DNA of 64,000 bases, taken from the IMG/VR virus record IMGVR_UViG_3300035499_000517, positions 193,735 to 257,734 of that record, one strand, 5' to 3'. This document shows, in pieces, positions 1 through 9,698 of the stretch. Numbering within the stretch: position 1 is the first letter of the stretch; each line of letters starts with the position of its first letter. Below the pieces are notes generated by a model that was not told the origin of the DNA, searched no databases, and was given only the letters and a program-made list of their open reading frames with translations. The translations under genes and the position numbers were made by a program. This DNA is from a virus (Duplodnaviria; Caudoviricetes).

Positions 1-1
1 A

Positions 2-604
2 AAGCCGGAAGAGGGAAAAAGGGTATCGAAAGATGAACTTCGTTATGCGTATCCTCTTTATGCATTAACACAGGAAAAGGAATATGCAAAAAGATTCAGA
101 AAGCAAAGGAATATGGATTTATTTATCGAGCGTTCTGACAATATTGATGATGACAACGTCGATGAATATCTCATTGCGAATCGCAGTAGACTTCTTAGTG
201 AGAGCTATTTTGAAACGCTCATTACAAGTGATGATGAATACCGGATTCCATCATTCATCAAAGTATTATATACAGAAAATGAACTGGAGTTTTTAAATCA
301 CACTTGTGATGTACATGCAATCTTTAGTCAGCTCCCTGGAGTTCTTCCAATTGAGATATTCCAACCAGAATATCGGCAAGCATTATATGCTCTTCGGTAT
401 AACCGTGTGATTGAGCATTTCAATGTAGGCCTTGGAAATACTGCCGAGGGCGTTACTGATATTGGACTTCAATACGATATGTTTGCTGTTTACATGTATC
501 TTTACGGGAAATATTATAGAGATGATTTCATTTCTACCTGTGAATGCAAACGAGAAGAAGACTTAACAGAAATGGAACTTGCTGCAGCAACAGCTTTTGT
601 TTAG
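2..604 (+). CDS. hypothetical protein, 5'-truncated by window edge; paralog of 25690..26166
   Basis: Frame of ORF 113..604 is open back to position 2 (KPEEGK...YPLYALTQEKEYAKRFRKQRNMDLF). Confidence 0.8.
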   Translation, partial: KPEEGKRVSKDELRYAYPLYALTQEKEYAKRFRKQRNMDLFIERSDNIDDDNVDEYLIANRSRLLSESYFETLITSDDEYRIPSFIKVLYTENELEFLNHTCDVHAIFSQLPGVLPIEIFQPEYRQALYALRYNRVIEHFNVGLGNTAEGVTDIGLQYDMFAVYMYLYGKYYRDDFISTCECKREEDLTEMELAAATAFV

Positions 605-617
605 AAACTCAGGTCTC

Positions 618-629
618 TACACTTCTTTA
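618..629 (+). promoter_or_regulatory. late-type phage promoter TACA-N6-TA
   Basis: Matches recurring NACA-N6-TA motif, directly upstream of RBS of 644. Confidence 0.5.
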
Positions 630-643
630 AAGGAGGTGATAGC

Positions 644-1336
644 ATGGTTTCGACTGAATCAAATGACAATATTGAAGTTGTCGTATTCGAGAATCCTGGA
701 GAATTTGAATACCAGGAAGCTTGTGAAACCGATACTGAAAAGAATAATATCGTAAAGGCTGTTGAAGCTGAAGTACGAGCATCCTTAGAGTATTCTGATT
801 ACATTGCATATTTACGTGCCAATGTAGGGATGGATGCTTGTGCTTTCTTTAATAACGTCTCAAAGGCGAATAATAAGAAAGTTCGTATTGAGGTTCATCA
901 TGCGCCGCTTACATTATATGATATCACAAAGTTGGTATTAGACAGAGCTATTCGTACAGGTGAAGAAATAAACACCTTACTTCTTGCAGAGGAGGTAACC
1001 CGAATTCATTATATGAATCAGGTAGGGTTAATTCCTCTTAGTAAAACACTTCACGAAGTTGTCCATAAATCGGATAAACTTACAATCCCACTTTACATGG
1101 TATTTGGTGATTTCCGTACATTCCTTGAGATGTACCAGGAAGAACTGGATATGAAAGAAAATGCTGGGATTCGAAGGAAGATTGAGCAGGCAATTGAAAG
1201 GACTAAAGAATTGAATTCGAACTCTTTCGATGTTTTGAAGGAAAAGTTCACATACATCAATGTGGATGGTTTCGAGATGCCTGTTAAAATGGAAGACGAG
1301 GTAGAAGTAAAAGCCGAAGTTACAAATGCTGCATAA
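644..1336 (+). CDS. HNH-like fold protein, paralog of 9699..10334
   Basis: CAFF...IEVHHAPLTLYDI...LIPLSKTLHEVVH; RBS AAAGGAGGT. Confidence 0.6.
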   Translation: MVSTESNDNIEVVVFENPGEFEYQEACETDTEKNNIVKAVEAEVRASLEYSDYIAYLRANVGMDACAFFNNVSKANNKKVRIEVHHAPLTLYDITKLVLDRAIRTGEEINTLLLAEEVTRIHYMNQVGLIPLSKTLHEVVHKSDKLTIPLYMVFGDFRTFLEMYQEELDMKENAGIRRKIEQAIERTKELNSNSFDVLKEKFTYINVDGFEMPVKMEDEVEVKAEVTNAA

Positions 1337-1343
1337 CGGCAGC

Positions 1344-1390
1344 AAAAGGGGAACGCACGCGTAATAAAGAATACGCTGCGTTCCCTCTTT
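1344..1390 (+). terminator. intrinsic terminator-like hairpin
   Basis: GGGAACGCA...TGCGTTCCC stem followed by TCTTT after stop of 644..1336. Confidence 0.65.
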
Positions 1391-1510
1391 CACCGGAGTC
1401 GTAAAACGATCAACTTAACAAGCTGTGGGTTTGCCTGATCTGTTATGACCATTACAATCATGTTATGATTTGTAATTCTATATTTAACCCAGAAAATAAT
1501 AGAGATGTAA

Positions 1511-1544
1511 AAATCAACTTGAAAATCATTTATATATCATCTAT
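1511..1544 (+). promoter_or_regulatory. early-type bipartite phage promoter
   Basis: AAATCAACTT-N10-TATATATCATCTAT, repeated at 14148 and 16467. Confidence 0.65.
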
Positions 1545-1574
1545 TTAGTAGTATAAGAAAGGAGAGTTTGCAAA

Positions 1575-2990
1575 ATGGGCATATCTTTAGACGCGTCTAG
1601 GAATCAAAACTACGTAGAAGAGAAGACTAGACAAGAAATGGCCAGTAGAGGGGAAGTTCCTAGTGAATTCCTAAAAGTAAAGAAGCGAACGATTGAAAAT
1701 GAATATATCCCTCCAGAAGAATTAGCCAAAATGAGGGAAACTTATTCACAGGTAGTCGTCCAGGATTTTGAGGATGATTATCACATGTCACGGGAAGAAC
1801 GAGAAGCACAGCGTAAGCGGTACTCGAAGTTCTTCCATTTAAGGCGAAATTATACAAAGAAGATCCGAAGATTGGACAAGTATATTGAAGCCTGTCGTTT
1901 AGTCGTAGAAATCGTCATGGATACCGCAGAAAAGAATGGAGTTATGGATCCAGATGAATTCATCTTGAAAGTTCTTCAGGGGAAGCTTAAGATCGCAGGA
2001 CTTACAATTCCAAAGTATCAAGGAAAAGGAAAGAAGACCTTAAACTGGGATTATATCATTGAATATATCTTGAATCCAAATCGAGATATTGATGAACTTC
2101 TTAAGAGTCAATCCACTTCAAAATGTAGAGAAGAGGAAGTCAAGGAAGAGAAAGAAGTTGATATCGATGAAGTCAAGCAGTACATGGGAGAAGCAACTTA
2201 TAATGAATTTGCAAAGCGGATTATGAGTTACAAAGCTCCGACGAAAGCAAGTTATACAAGTGGAGATGGTGGTTTCGTATTACCAGAAACGAAGCGGCAA
2301 AGAAAAGCACTTGTAAAACACTTCCCGGGATATGAGAAGATGATTCGTGAAATGGATCACGATTCTAAGAGAGAGAAGACCTATCTGTGGCAGATTCAGG
2401 AAGATGATCTTAAATGGATTCGCGAATTCCAGGATGAGAGAGATCGAAAGCTTGGTGATGTTCGTCCAGAATTTAATGGTTCTCTTATGGATGAAGAAGC
2501 TGTTAGTCGTTATATGTTCGAGATGGAGCAGTGGGAAAAGCAGCATAATTTAGTGAAGTATGGAGAAAACACCATTACAGAAGCACAGAAGGAAGAGCTG
2601 GAATATAAGAAGATGCTTGAAGAGAATGGATACAATCTGCGTAATCTTTACGGCAATAAAGAGAGGCAGAAGAAGCTTGAAAAGACAAGAGCAGCTCAGA
2701 AGAAGCAGATCAAGTCTTTGAAGAAGATGTTATCTGATCTTAAGACGAAGCAGAATTCAGCAAATCTGGAAGGAATCAATGGAAGTATCCAGGCATACAA
2801 TAGTGAAACCGAGCAGAAGATCAACAAGAAAATGAAGAAGCAGAAGAAAAAGAAAGTATCAAAAGAAGCTAAGAAGAAAGCGAGTTCATTCGATTCTCTC
2901 TTATTAGACATGGTAGGTTCTGATGAAGCAACCATGAAAGATTATGAGAAGAAGATGAAGAACATGATGTGGAAAGGGAGTGGTAAGTAG
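1575..2990 (+). CDS. hypothetical highly charged protein with Lys-rich C-terminus
   Basis: 471-aa ORF, RBS GAAAGGAG. Confidence 0.85.
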   Translation: MGISLDASRNQNYVEEKTRQEMASRGEVPSEFLKVKKRTIENEYIPPEELAKMRETYSQVVVQDFEDDYHMSREEREAQRKRYSKFFHLRRNYTKKIRRLDKYIEACRLVVEIVMDTAEKNGVMDPDEFILKVLQGKLKIAGLTIPKYQGKGKKTLNWDYIIEYILNPNRDIDELLKSQSTSKCREEEVKEEKEVDIDEVKQYMGEATYNEFAKRIMSYKAPTKASYTSGDGGFVLPETKRQRKALVKHFPGYEKMIREMDHDSKREKTYLWQIQEDDLKWIREFQDERDRKLGDVRPEFNGSLMDEEAVSRYMFEMEQWEKQHNLVKYGENTITEAQKEELEYKKMLEENGYNLRNLYGNKERQKKLEKTRAAQKKQIKSLKKMLSDLKTKQNSANLEGINGSIQAYNSETEQKINKKMKKQKKKKVSKEAKKKASSFDSLLLDMVGSDEATMKDYEKKMKNMMWKGSGK

Positions 2991-4222
2991 TGGGATTTAA
3001 TATTGGAGAGATGTTATCTCAGGCTGAAAGAGAATCTTTAGCTGCGGAATTAGCACAGTTAGAAGAAGATGAAACTTTAGCCGAGGAGTATAATTATGAT
3101 CAGTATTTAAAAGAGCATGATCCAATCAATGCCAGTAGAATTTATCCGGAAAATCCAGAAGATCAATTTGGTGTTAAGGTTGGAAAAGATGAAAAGGAAG
3201 AGGAAGATACTTTCTCTTCCAGAAGAATTACCGATGAAGATATCGAAGCAGCGGCTCCGAAGTATTATCCAAAGGAGAGAGTGTATCGGAGCTTGTTGCT
3301 TGAGATCTTTACCGTAGAGCAGGCAATGGAAATCGAGAAGATTCAGCGTACGTTTACCATCACGAATAATCAGAAGATTTCTCTATATCGAGAGAAGTTG
3401 GATGAATGGGGAAAAGAATATTCCCCATTAGGTGGTGGAACGAATCGTTGGGCAGGAATGGTCGATGGATATGTAATAAAGATTGCATGTGATGATGATG
3501 GAAAGATTGATAATAAGCGAGAGTTTATTTACTCAATTCCATTACAACCATATGTGATCAAGTGTTATGAGACATATGCAGACGGACTCATTGCAGTGTT
3601 TGAATATGTAGAAATCTTCACAATCGATGATTTCTGGAAGAACACGATTCGTATGGGAGAGATTCTTACAGATATTGCAACAGATTTCATGATTGGTGAT
3701 GTTGGAATTAATTCTACGAATTATGTAAACTGGGGATTTCGAGATGATGGAAGCATTGTAATCTTGGATTATGCATACATCTATTCTGTAAAGTTTAAGC
3801 AGTTCCAGTGCCAATGCTCACCAAGTTCTGTTCTTTATTATGATAAGGAGTTTAATAATCTGATTTGTAATACATGTGGAAAGAAGTATTCGTTCCGCGA
3901 TATCAGAAAACGAATTTCCAGGAAAGATCAAGAAGAAGAGATTGGTGATATCAGAGAGAAAGGCTATATATTAACTCAAACAGAGGAGTCAAAGCCGTTT
4001 AATCCAAAATTCGTACATGGGGCGTATGCAAGAATTTACAGCAAGATTAAGAAAGAACGTAAGAAGTCTGGAGAATCTATGTTTAAATTTGGGCGTCGAC
4101 ATGTCAATAACAATGACCCAGCTCCTGAAACATTCGAAGAATTCGAAGATCGTTTAGCAGCTGGTTATTATGATAATGCTTTAGAGCAGTACAAGATTAA
4201 GGAGGAAAATCAAAATGGGTAA
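2990..4222 (+). CDS. protein kinase-like protein with C-terminal Zn ribbon
   Basis: LGGGTNR glycine loop, VIKIA lysine, NKRE helix-C Glu, GD...VNWG catalytic loop, LDYAY (DFG-like), CQC...CNTCG. Confidence 0.7.
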   Translation: MGFNIGEMLSQAERESLAAELAQLEEDETLAEEYNYDQYLKEHDPINASRIYPENPEDQFGVKVGKDEKEEEDTFSSRRITDEDIEAAAPKYYPKERVYRSLLLEIFTVEQAMEIEKIQRTFTITNNQKISLYREKLDEWGKEYSPLGGGTNRWAGMVDGYVIKIACDDDGKIDNKREFIYSIPLQPYVIKCYETYADGLIAVFEYVEIFTIDDFWKNTIRMGEILTDIATDFMIGDVGINSTNYVNWGFRDDGSIVILDYAYIYSVKFKQFQCQCSPSSVLYYDKEFNNLICNTCGKKYSFRDIRKRISRKDQEEEIGDIREKGYILTQTEESKPFNPKFVHGAYARIYSKIKKERKKSGESMFKFGRRHVNNNDPAPETFEEFEDRLAAGYYDNALEQYKIKEENQNG

Positions 4223-5885
4223 AAAGAAAGGCAAAAGAAGATGGACAACGAATGAGATGAAAGGGGACCTGAATGAACAGGCCCTCTTTTCTGATTCGGC
4301 ATTAGAGGAAATGATTCGCAAGCAGTACGGTGTGAGATCAGGAAATGCACCGATGGCAACAAAAGAAGCTTCACAGAGAGTCATTGATGAAGCATTAATG
4401 GAGGTTGGTGTTCCGAGAAGACAGGAGACTCCGAGGAATTATCAGACTCCGGTTGAAACAGTTGCACCTGCACCAAAGCCGGTTGAGCGTCCTGTATATA
4501 CAGAACAGCCGAAGGCTCCAGTAGTAAATGAGAAGCCTGAAGATGCAAATAAAGGCACGACAGTTACTGTCACAATGTCTTCCGAGTCCCTTCCATTCGT
4601 ACAGGATATTGAGCGTGGTGGAAAACTTTTCATCCAGGTTCATGATTGGGCTGGTAACTGTCTGATGATTCCTTATGCAAAGGAAGGAGCGGAGGAATTC
4701 TCTGTAAGAAATATTCCACTTGTAAATGATGGAAGAACCGATGAGGAGCAGATCCAGGGGTCTCTCATGTCACTTGCCTATGGAATGGCAAGTTCCCATG
4801 TACTTTGGGGAATGCCGTCGCTTATCATGGATAAAGAGGAGTTTCATGAAGAAACACTTCACCATGATGTCGATGTAATCGACATGAGATATACAACACT
4901 CTGTATTTCAGATGATGCGCCGGAATATGTTTTCGGTTATATGATTCCGGATCGTTTGATAGATGAGTGGATCGATATTATCAGCGATCATATGGATGAC
5001 CCGGATGCACTCATCCTTACACTCTCTACATTACAGAGACAGATGCATGAGCTCCGCTGGATTAACTTCAAGGATATGTCCGGTGGATTATCTTGCTATA
5101 TGGAAGAGCTTCTGGATGAGAAAGACATCACCAATTTCTTTGAAGGTATCAAGGATACAATGGAGTACGATGAGGAAGGCGTTCTTCAGAATGCAGAGTT
5201 CCTGGCTCCAATTACTACAGCAACAGACATCGATGAATGTATGTTCTATGGGCTTGGGACCATGTTCAACATCTACAGAGATCCTGATGAGAAGTATCCG
5301 GCAGATGAGAATTATGATGATTCTGAAGATGCTGCACCAGAGGAAGAGAATCCATATGATCAGGCACCGAATGGGACCGAAGCTGCAATGACCCCGGAAG
5401 CATTAGCTGCTTGGGCTGCACAGTATAACAGTGAACACAAAATCGGTGGATACGTAAATCCAGACGCGGAGAACGCAGAAAGAGAAGGTGCATCAGTTGA
5501 TGATGCCAGCTTTCCAGCAGACGCCGCTAACACAAGAGCAGATCTTTCAGATTCTTCAGCAGAAACCGACAATGTTCAAGTACACAATGAACATGCTGTA
5601 TCAGATGGGGCTGGGAACAGATACACAGATTCGAGCGATGATCGAAATGTATCTCCGGTCGAGGGAAACAGAGAAGGAGCAGCGGAAGATGATGAAAGAA
5701 GTAGCTCACAATCAGTCGGATATCAGCAGGATGTTGTACCAGCAGAAGAAGAAGTCGAAAAAGAGAGAGAAGAAGAACGACGTGAAGAATCTTCTGAAGC
5801 ACACGAAGTACAAAAAGCAGAAACCTCTGAAGCGAAAGAAGAAGTAGACGAAGATCAGATGATCATCGGAGTCAACAGAGGTTAA
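4215..5885 (+). CDS. hypothetical acidic protein with basic N-terminus and disordered acidic C-terminus
   Basis: 556-aa ORF, RBS AAGGAGG. Confidence 0.85.
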   Translation: MGKKKGKRRWTTNEMKGDLNEQALFSDSALEEMIRKQYGVRSGNAPMATKEASQRVIDEALMEVGVPRRQETPRNYQTPVETVAPAPKPVERPVYTEQPKAPVVNEKPEDANKGTTVTVTMSSESLPFVQDIERGGKLFIQVHDWAGNCLMIPYAKEGAEEFSVRNIPLVNDGRTDEEQIQGSLMSLAYGMASSHVLWGMPSLIMDKEEFHEETLHHDVDVIDMRYTTLCISDDAPEYVFGYMIPDRLIDEWIDIISDHMDDPDALILTLSTLQRQMHELRWINFKDMSGGLSCYMEELLDEKDITNFFEGIKDTMEYDEEGVLQNAEFLAPITTATDIDECMFYGLGTMFNIYRDPDEKYPADENYDDSEDAAPEEENPYDQAPNGTEAAMTPEALAAWAAQYNSEHKIGGYVNPDAENAEREGASVDDASFPADAANTRADLSDSSAETDNVQVHNEHAVSDGAGNRYTDSSDDRNVSPVEGNREGAAEDDERSSSQSVGYQQDVVPAEEEVEKEREEERREESSEAHEVQKAETSEAKEEVDEDQMIIGVNRG

Positions 5886-5907
5886 AGAAACTTCGGGGGT
5901 GAAGTAA

Positions 5908-6543
5908 ATGATTTATTACGCAGATACGATAACCCTTATGAAGAAATATGCCAAGGAAGACCCAGAGGTAATTAAGAAGACCAATTTCATTATCATCAGT
6001 AGTCGCATTAAAGTGACGAAAGAATATGACAATGTGCTTATGGCTTCAAACATGTTTATCAACTCTGGGATGTTAAAAGGAGTCGGGATGGAATTAGATT
6101 CCGACTCCGAATTGGCAAAAGAAAAATTTAAATTTTTTCTTCTCAGGGAACCAAAATCACTAGATCTAATCATTTCAACAGTACAAGCATTCTTGGTTGC
6201 AGATGAGAATACACTATTTTTATGCAGTCCAAATGAATTGCGTTCTGGGTATATGCAAATTATTGCTGAGACGATTGAAGATCTTTTACATTTTCCAGTC
6301 TGTTTATATCCGGAAGAACGGAGTTTTGATTTGGAAGATGTGTTGGAACGCCTGTTGTATTATAAGAAAGAGGTAAAACGGTTGCACCGAATGAAGATGC
6401 GACCAGCTGAAGTTCGTAGATATGTAACAGGATTATCAAAGAAGAAAGTAAAGAAAGAGTTGAAACATCGTAAACTTGATTATGATGGACTCGATCTTGA
6501 TGAGATGAGAAAGTTGTTAGAAGACAACTTTAAAGAGGGATAA
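5908..6543 (+). CDS. hypothetical protein
   Basis: 211-aa ORF in operon, RBS GGGGGTG. Confidence 0.8.
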   Translation: MIYYADTITLMKKYAKEDPEVIKKTNFIIISSRIKVTKEYDNVLMASNMFINSGMLKGVGMELDSDSELAKEKFKFFLLREPKSLDLIISTVQAFLVADENTLFLCSPNELRSGYMQIIAETIEDLLHFPVCLYPEERSFDLEDVLERLLYYKKEVKRLHRMKMRPAEVRRYVTGLSKKKVKKELKHRKLDYDGLDLDEMRKLLEDNFKEG

Positions 6544-6546
6544 ATT

Positions 6547-7290
6547 ATGGCTTTATGGTCAAGAGACAGCTATGATACACCACTGAATGCACTCTTCAAC
6601 TATACGATTATTGAGTATGATATGAAGAGTGCAAATACTTCGCTTGCGAGAGAATTCGACTTATTGCCAGAAGAAGAAATTCGCAAGATAGAAAATTTAC
6701 CAAAGAAAGAACGAGAGATTGCTATTGGTTGTATCAAGAGAGATACAGAAGGGTATTCTGCAAAAGAGAAAATTGCCTTTGAAGCAGCCAGGAAGTTCTT
6801 TTTTGAACAAAATGAGATTTTAGAGGAAGAGGTTGTATCCATTCATAGGGATGCAATCTTTGTTACCCGTTATGTAGAGCACGAGCAAGTGACTAAGAAT
6901 ATTAATTTTCGAAAGAAGAATGCTTATACTTCTTATGTGAATTTGGGAGTTAAGATATTTAAGAAACCAGAAGGGTTAGATATAAAAGGAATTGATGACG
7001 AAATCTATGAAACAAAGCATAGCATGTATTTCGGTTCCTTTTTAAACGATATGATTCATCGCATTGAAGCAACACCAAGGGATTCTTATTTAAGATATAT
7101 CAGGGATTTTTATGACCAATACAAATGGAGAAAATTAGACCCTGGATATTACAGAGAATTCAATGCAAGAAGTAACTTCCATTATTTTGATGGGAGATAT
7201 GCAGATGAAGAATATACAGAAAATCTGGAGCTGGTTGATACTTCTTATAACTTGCAATTGATTTTGAAGTTTCTTATGATGTTACTCTAG
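6547..7290 (+). CDS. small family-B DNA polymerase palm-like protein
   Basis: IIEYDMKSANTS (motif A-like), SIHRDAIFV (motif C-like), LDIKGI. Confidence 0.55.
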   Translation: MALWSRDSYDTPLNALFNYTIIEYDMKSANTSLAREFDLLPEEEIRKIENLPKKEREIAIGCIKRDTEGYSAKEKIAFEAARKFFFEQNEILEEEVVSIHRDAIFVTRYVEHEQVTKNINFRKKNAYTSYVNLGVKIFKKPEGLDIKGIDDEIYETKHSMYFGSFLNDMIHRIEATPRDSYLRYIRDFYDQYKWRKLDPGYYREFNARSNFHYFDGRYADEEYTENLELVDTSYNLQLILKFLMMLL

Positions 7291-7385
7291 CTTTTGCATT
7301 TCCTCTGATTTTATTTATGTAATATTTAATTGATGTGAGAGAGAAAGAAATCTCATGTTGAATTTATTCCAAGGAGGAAAATAAG

Positions 7386-7514
7386 ATGAAAGAAGAGAAA
7401 TCGATTGGGAAACTTGTAGTTGAATCATTGATTCGTGTAATCGCAATGACGACTGCCGTATCATTCGTGATGAATCGGCGGGAAAAAAGAAAGGCGAAGA
7501 AAGCTGTGGAATGA
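7386..7514 (+). CDS. small basic 42-aa protein (MKEEKSIGKLVVESLIRVIAMTTAVSFVMNRREKRKAKKAVE)
   Basis: Not in ORF track (<60 aa); strong RBS AAGGAGG, followed by its own terminator. Confidence 0.65.
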   Translation: MKEEKSIGKLVVESLIRVIAMTTAVSFVMNRREKRKAKKAVE

Positions 7515-7529
7515 TTTTATAGTATTTTT

Positions 7530-7562
7530 AGGGAGCGTGAAAAATCGCTCCCTTATTTTTTG
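7530..7562 (+). terminator. intrinsic terminator
   Basis: AGGGAGCG/CGCTCCCT stem plus T run. Confidence 0.7.
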
Positions 7563-7620
7563 TCGTCGTATCAAAGGGATCACACAAAACCCCTTTAAGG
7601 TGTGAAAGAAAGGAGTCACT

Positions 7621-8352
7621 ATGAGACACAATTATGTTTTAAAGAAAGAGCATGTAACACCAGAGATTGTATCTCACGCTGATGAGGTAATGTATGCGTG
7701 GGTTGATGGATTTTTCATTCTCTACAATCGCGAGCACGGTTTGTGGAAGGAGTATAATATCCACAGTAGAAATCCGATGGTTGTAAGGGCATTCAATCCG
7801 GAATTGGATATGAAGAACCTTGTGAAAGAGGAGAACAACTATAACAGCTATAAGACATCCGCGGAGATCGTCGCATTTCTCAATGAACTGGATTCTGTTA
7901 AGTTGATCTCAATCACCATGATGGATGATCTCGGTCTTAAGGTTCTGGATAGCGGCGAGGTTGAAGTGGAGAGTGAAGTTGACGCCATTGCAGACTGGAA
8001 TGAAGTCGAAGATGATGAGAATCCGTTTGTTGAAGTTCCGGATGTTAAGGATATTCCGCTTAAGACAGATTCACCAGAGCCGGAAGCACCAAAGGCTGAA
8101 CCAGATGTTGAAAAACTGAATAAAACTGCTGATGAATATGCAGCGGCACTCGAAAAGCTCTATGATGATGCCGAAGACTATGTCAGCGGTGTAATGAATA
8201 TGGCAAAAGAATCTGCCGAAGATTGGAAAGAGATCTTTGCGACAGAGCATGAAGAGAAAGTCATCGATAAGACTTCTCTGATTATCGGTGTTAGTGCCGG
8301 TGTTGTTGGAGGCTTTGTACTTACGAAGCTTGTTGATAAGTTGATGAAGTAG
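7621..8352 (+). CDS. acidic tail-anchored membrane protein
   Basis: C-terminal hydrophobic helix LIIGVSAGVVGGFVL then KLVDKLMK. Confidence 0.75.
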   Translation: MRHNYVLKKEHVTPEIVSHADEVMYAWVDGFFILYNREHGLWKEYNIHSRNPMVVRAFNPELDMKNLVKEENNYNSYKTSAEIVAFLNELDSVKLISITMMDDLGLKVLDSGEVEVESEVDAIADWNEVEDDENPFVEVPDVKDIPLKTDSPEPEAPKAEPDVEKLNKTADEYAAALEKLYDDAEDYVSGVMNMAKESAEDWKEIFATEHEEKVIDKTSLIIGVSAGVVGGFVLTKLVDKLMK

Positions 8353-8364
8353 GAGGGAAATGAA

Positions 8365-9075
8365 ATGAAAGGTTACAATGTTTACACTCGTCGTATTAAC
8401 AGTGAGAATACAGAGCACATTAAGAAGGTGCTCTATTTACCAGATGGAGAATTCGGGAAGCTCTGTATGGCTACCGTTAGAAACCATGTGTGGTCGATCT
8501 TCACCATCAATAATCCGGATTGGGTTGTCTCAGCTGAAGGTTTAACCAGCGATGAGAATTTCTGGAACGCTATTATTCATAGTAAGAGTGAGGCTATTCG
8601 GATTTACGTTGAGGATGGGTATGTACCGGAGATTCAGGTATCGGCTGAAGAAGAAACCGATGGTGAAGATATCCTCTTCATCACAAACGCTCCGATCAAT
8701 GAGTATTGGAAGGGTGATTGCTACGTTGAAGAATATGATAGGATTCCCGATGATCTTGATCCGGATGATTATGTTGGAAAATCGATCAGTGATCTTTGCG
8801 GTTCTGAAGAGATGAGTACAGAAGAGATCAAGCAACATATCACAGAGGCCATCAACAGACTCAAAGGTATTGAGAATACAGTCAGTGATGTTTTAAACGA
8901 GGTCCTTGAAAGTGAGGATGCAGAAGCCGGAGATGAACCAAAGACTTATGATGAAGATCAGGTAACTGATATCATGAAATTCTCAGCTGGTTCTGGCTTT
9001 CTCGTGGGTGTTACCCTGACACTTGCTGTTGGTAGTGTGACTCGAGGGCTTTTGAAGCTCCTCGGTAAAAATTAA
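8365..9075 (+). CDS. acidic tail-anchored membrane protein, paralog of 7621..8352
   Basis: C-terminal GFLVGVTLTLAVG then basic tail; similar N-terminus. Confidence 0.75.
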   Translation: MKGYNVYTRRINSENTEHIKKVLYLPDGEFGKLCMATVRNHVWSIFTINNPDWVVSAEGLTSDENFWNAIIHSKSEAIRIYVEDGYVPEIQVSAEEETDGEDILFITNAPINEYWKGDCYVEEYDRIPDDLDPDDYVGKSISDLCGSEEMSTEEIKQHITEAINRLKGIENTVSDVLNEVLESEDAEAGDEPKTYDEDQVTDIMKFSAGSGFLVGVTLTLAVGSVTRGLLKLLGKN

Positions 9076-9085
9076 GACAAAAGAA

Positions 9086-9126
9086 AGAGAGGCGTGGTAA
9101 ATCTATCCACGCCTCTTTTTTTTTTT
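9086..9126. terminator. bidirectional terminator between convergent genes
   Basis: AGAGGCGTGG/CCACGCCTCT stem flanked by A and T runs. Confidence 0.8.
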
Positions 9127-9583
9127 ACTCCTGTGAACTTTGTACTGGTGCGATCGCAATATTATGTTCCGTCATCTGTGCTGTCAATCTTAATGTGACT
9201 TCAACAGAAATAAATTTCATGAGATACTCCTGATCAACAATCAGTTCTGCATTCAAGAGCACTTCTTTTTTTATTGATTTAAATACATGCTCACCGATAT
9301 TTTGTACATCCTTATCGATGTTTTGCATGTTGTACCGTTGTCGCATAAACGTAAGTAATGAGACACGTTCCGAAATCTCTACATCTATCAAATATGTGAT
9401 AAATTGTAGCAACTCTGTTGTTGCTGCTACATTCGCAGATAAACTGTGCTCATCTTTAATAAGTAGCAATGATTGAGCCTTCGTTCTATTTCGCATCTCT
9501 CTTACCAGACCATTTACGTTCTCAAGAATCATGAACATAAAGATCAGTAGTACTACTGCACCCACCATAATTAAGTACTTCAT
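9125..9583 (-). CDS. hypothetical protein with N-terminal transmembrane helix
   Basis: MKYLIMVGAVVLLIFMFMIL. Confidence 0.8.
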   Translation of the reverse strand: MKYLIMVGAVVLLIFMFMILENVNGLVREMRNRTKAQSLLLIKDEHSLSANVAATTELLQFITYLIDVEISERVSLLTFMRQRYNMQNIDKDVQNIGEHVFKSIKKEVLLNAELIVDQEYLMKFISVEVTLRLTAQMTEHNIAIAPVQSSQE

Positions 9584-9698
9584 CTTTATTCACCTTCCCT
9601 TTATTTTTTTTTTATTGATATATTAAGGTCTAACCATTCTCGACCATATGAACTCCCCCTGATTTTCCTATAATACATTATGACTAGTTCCTACTACC

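Noticed and set aside
4215-5885. Candidate nuclear shell (chimallin) protein
   Set aside because: Only size and early expression fit; no recognisable sequence support
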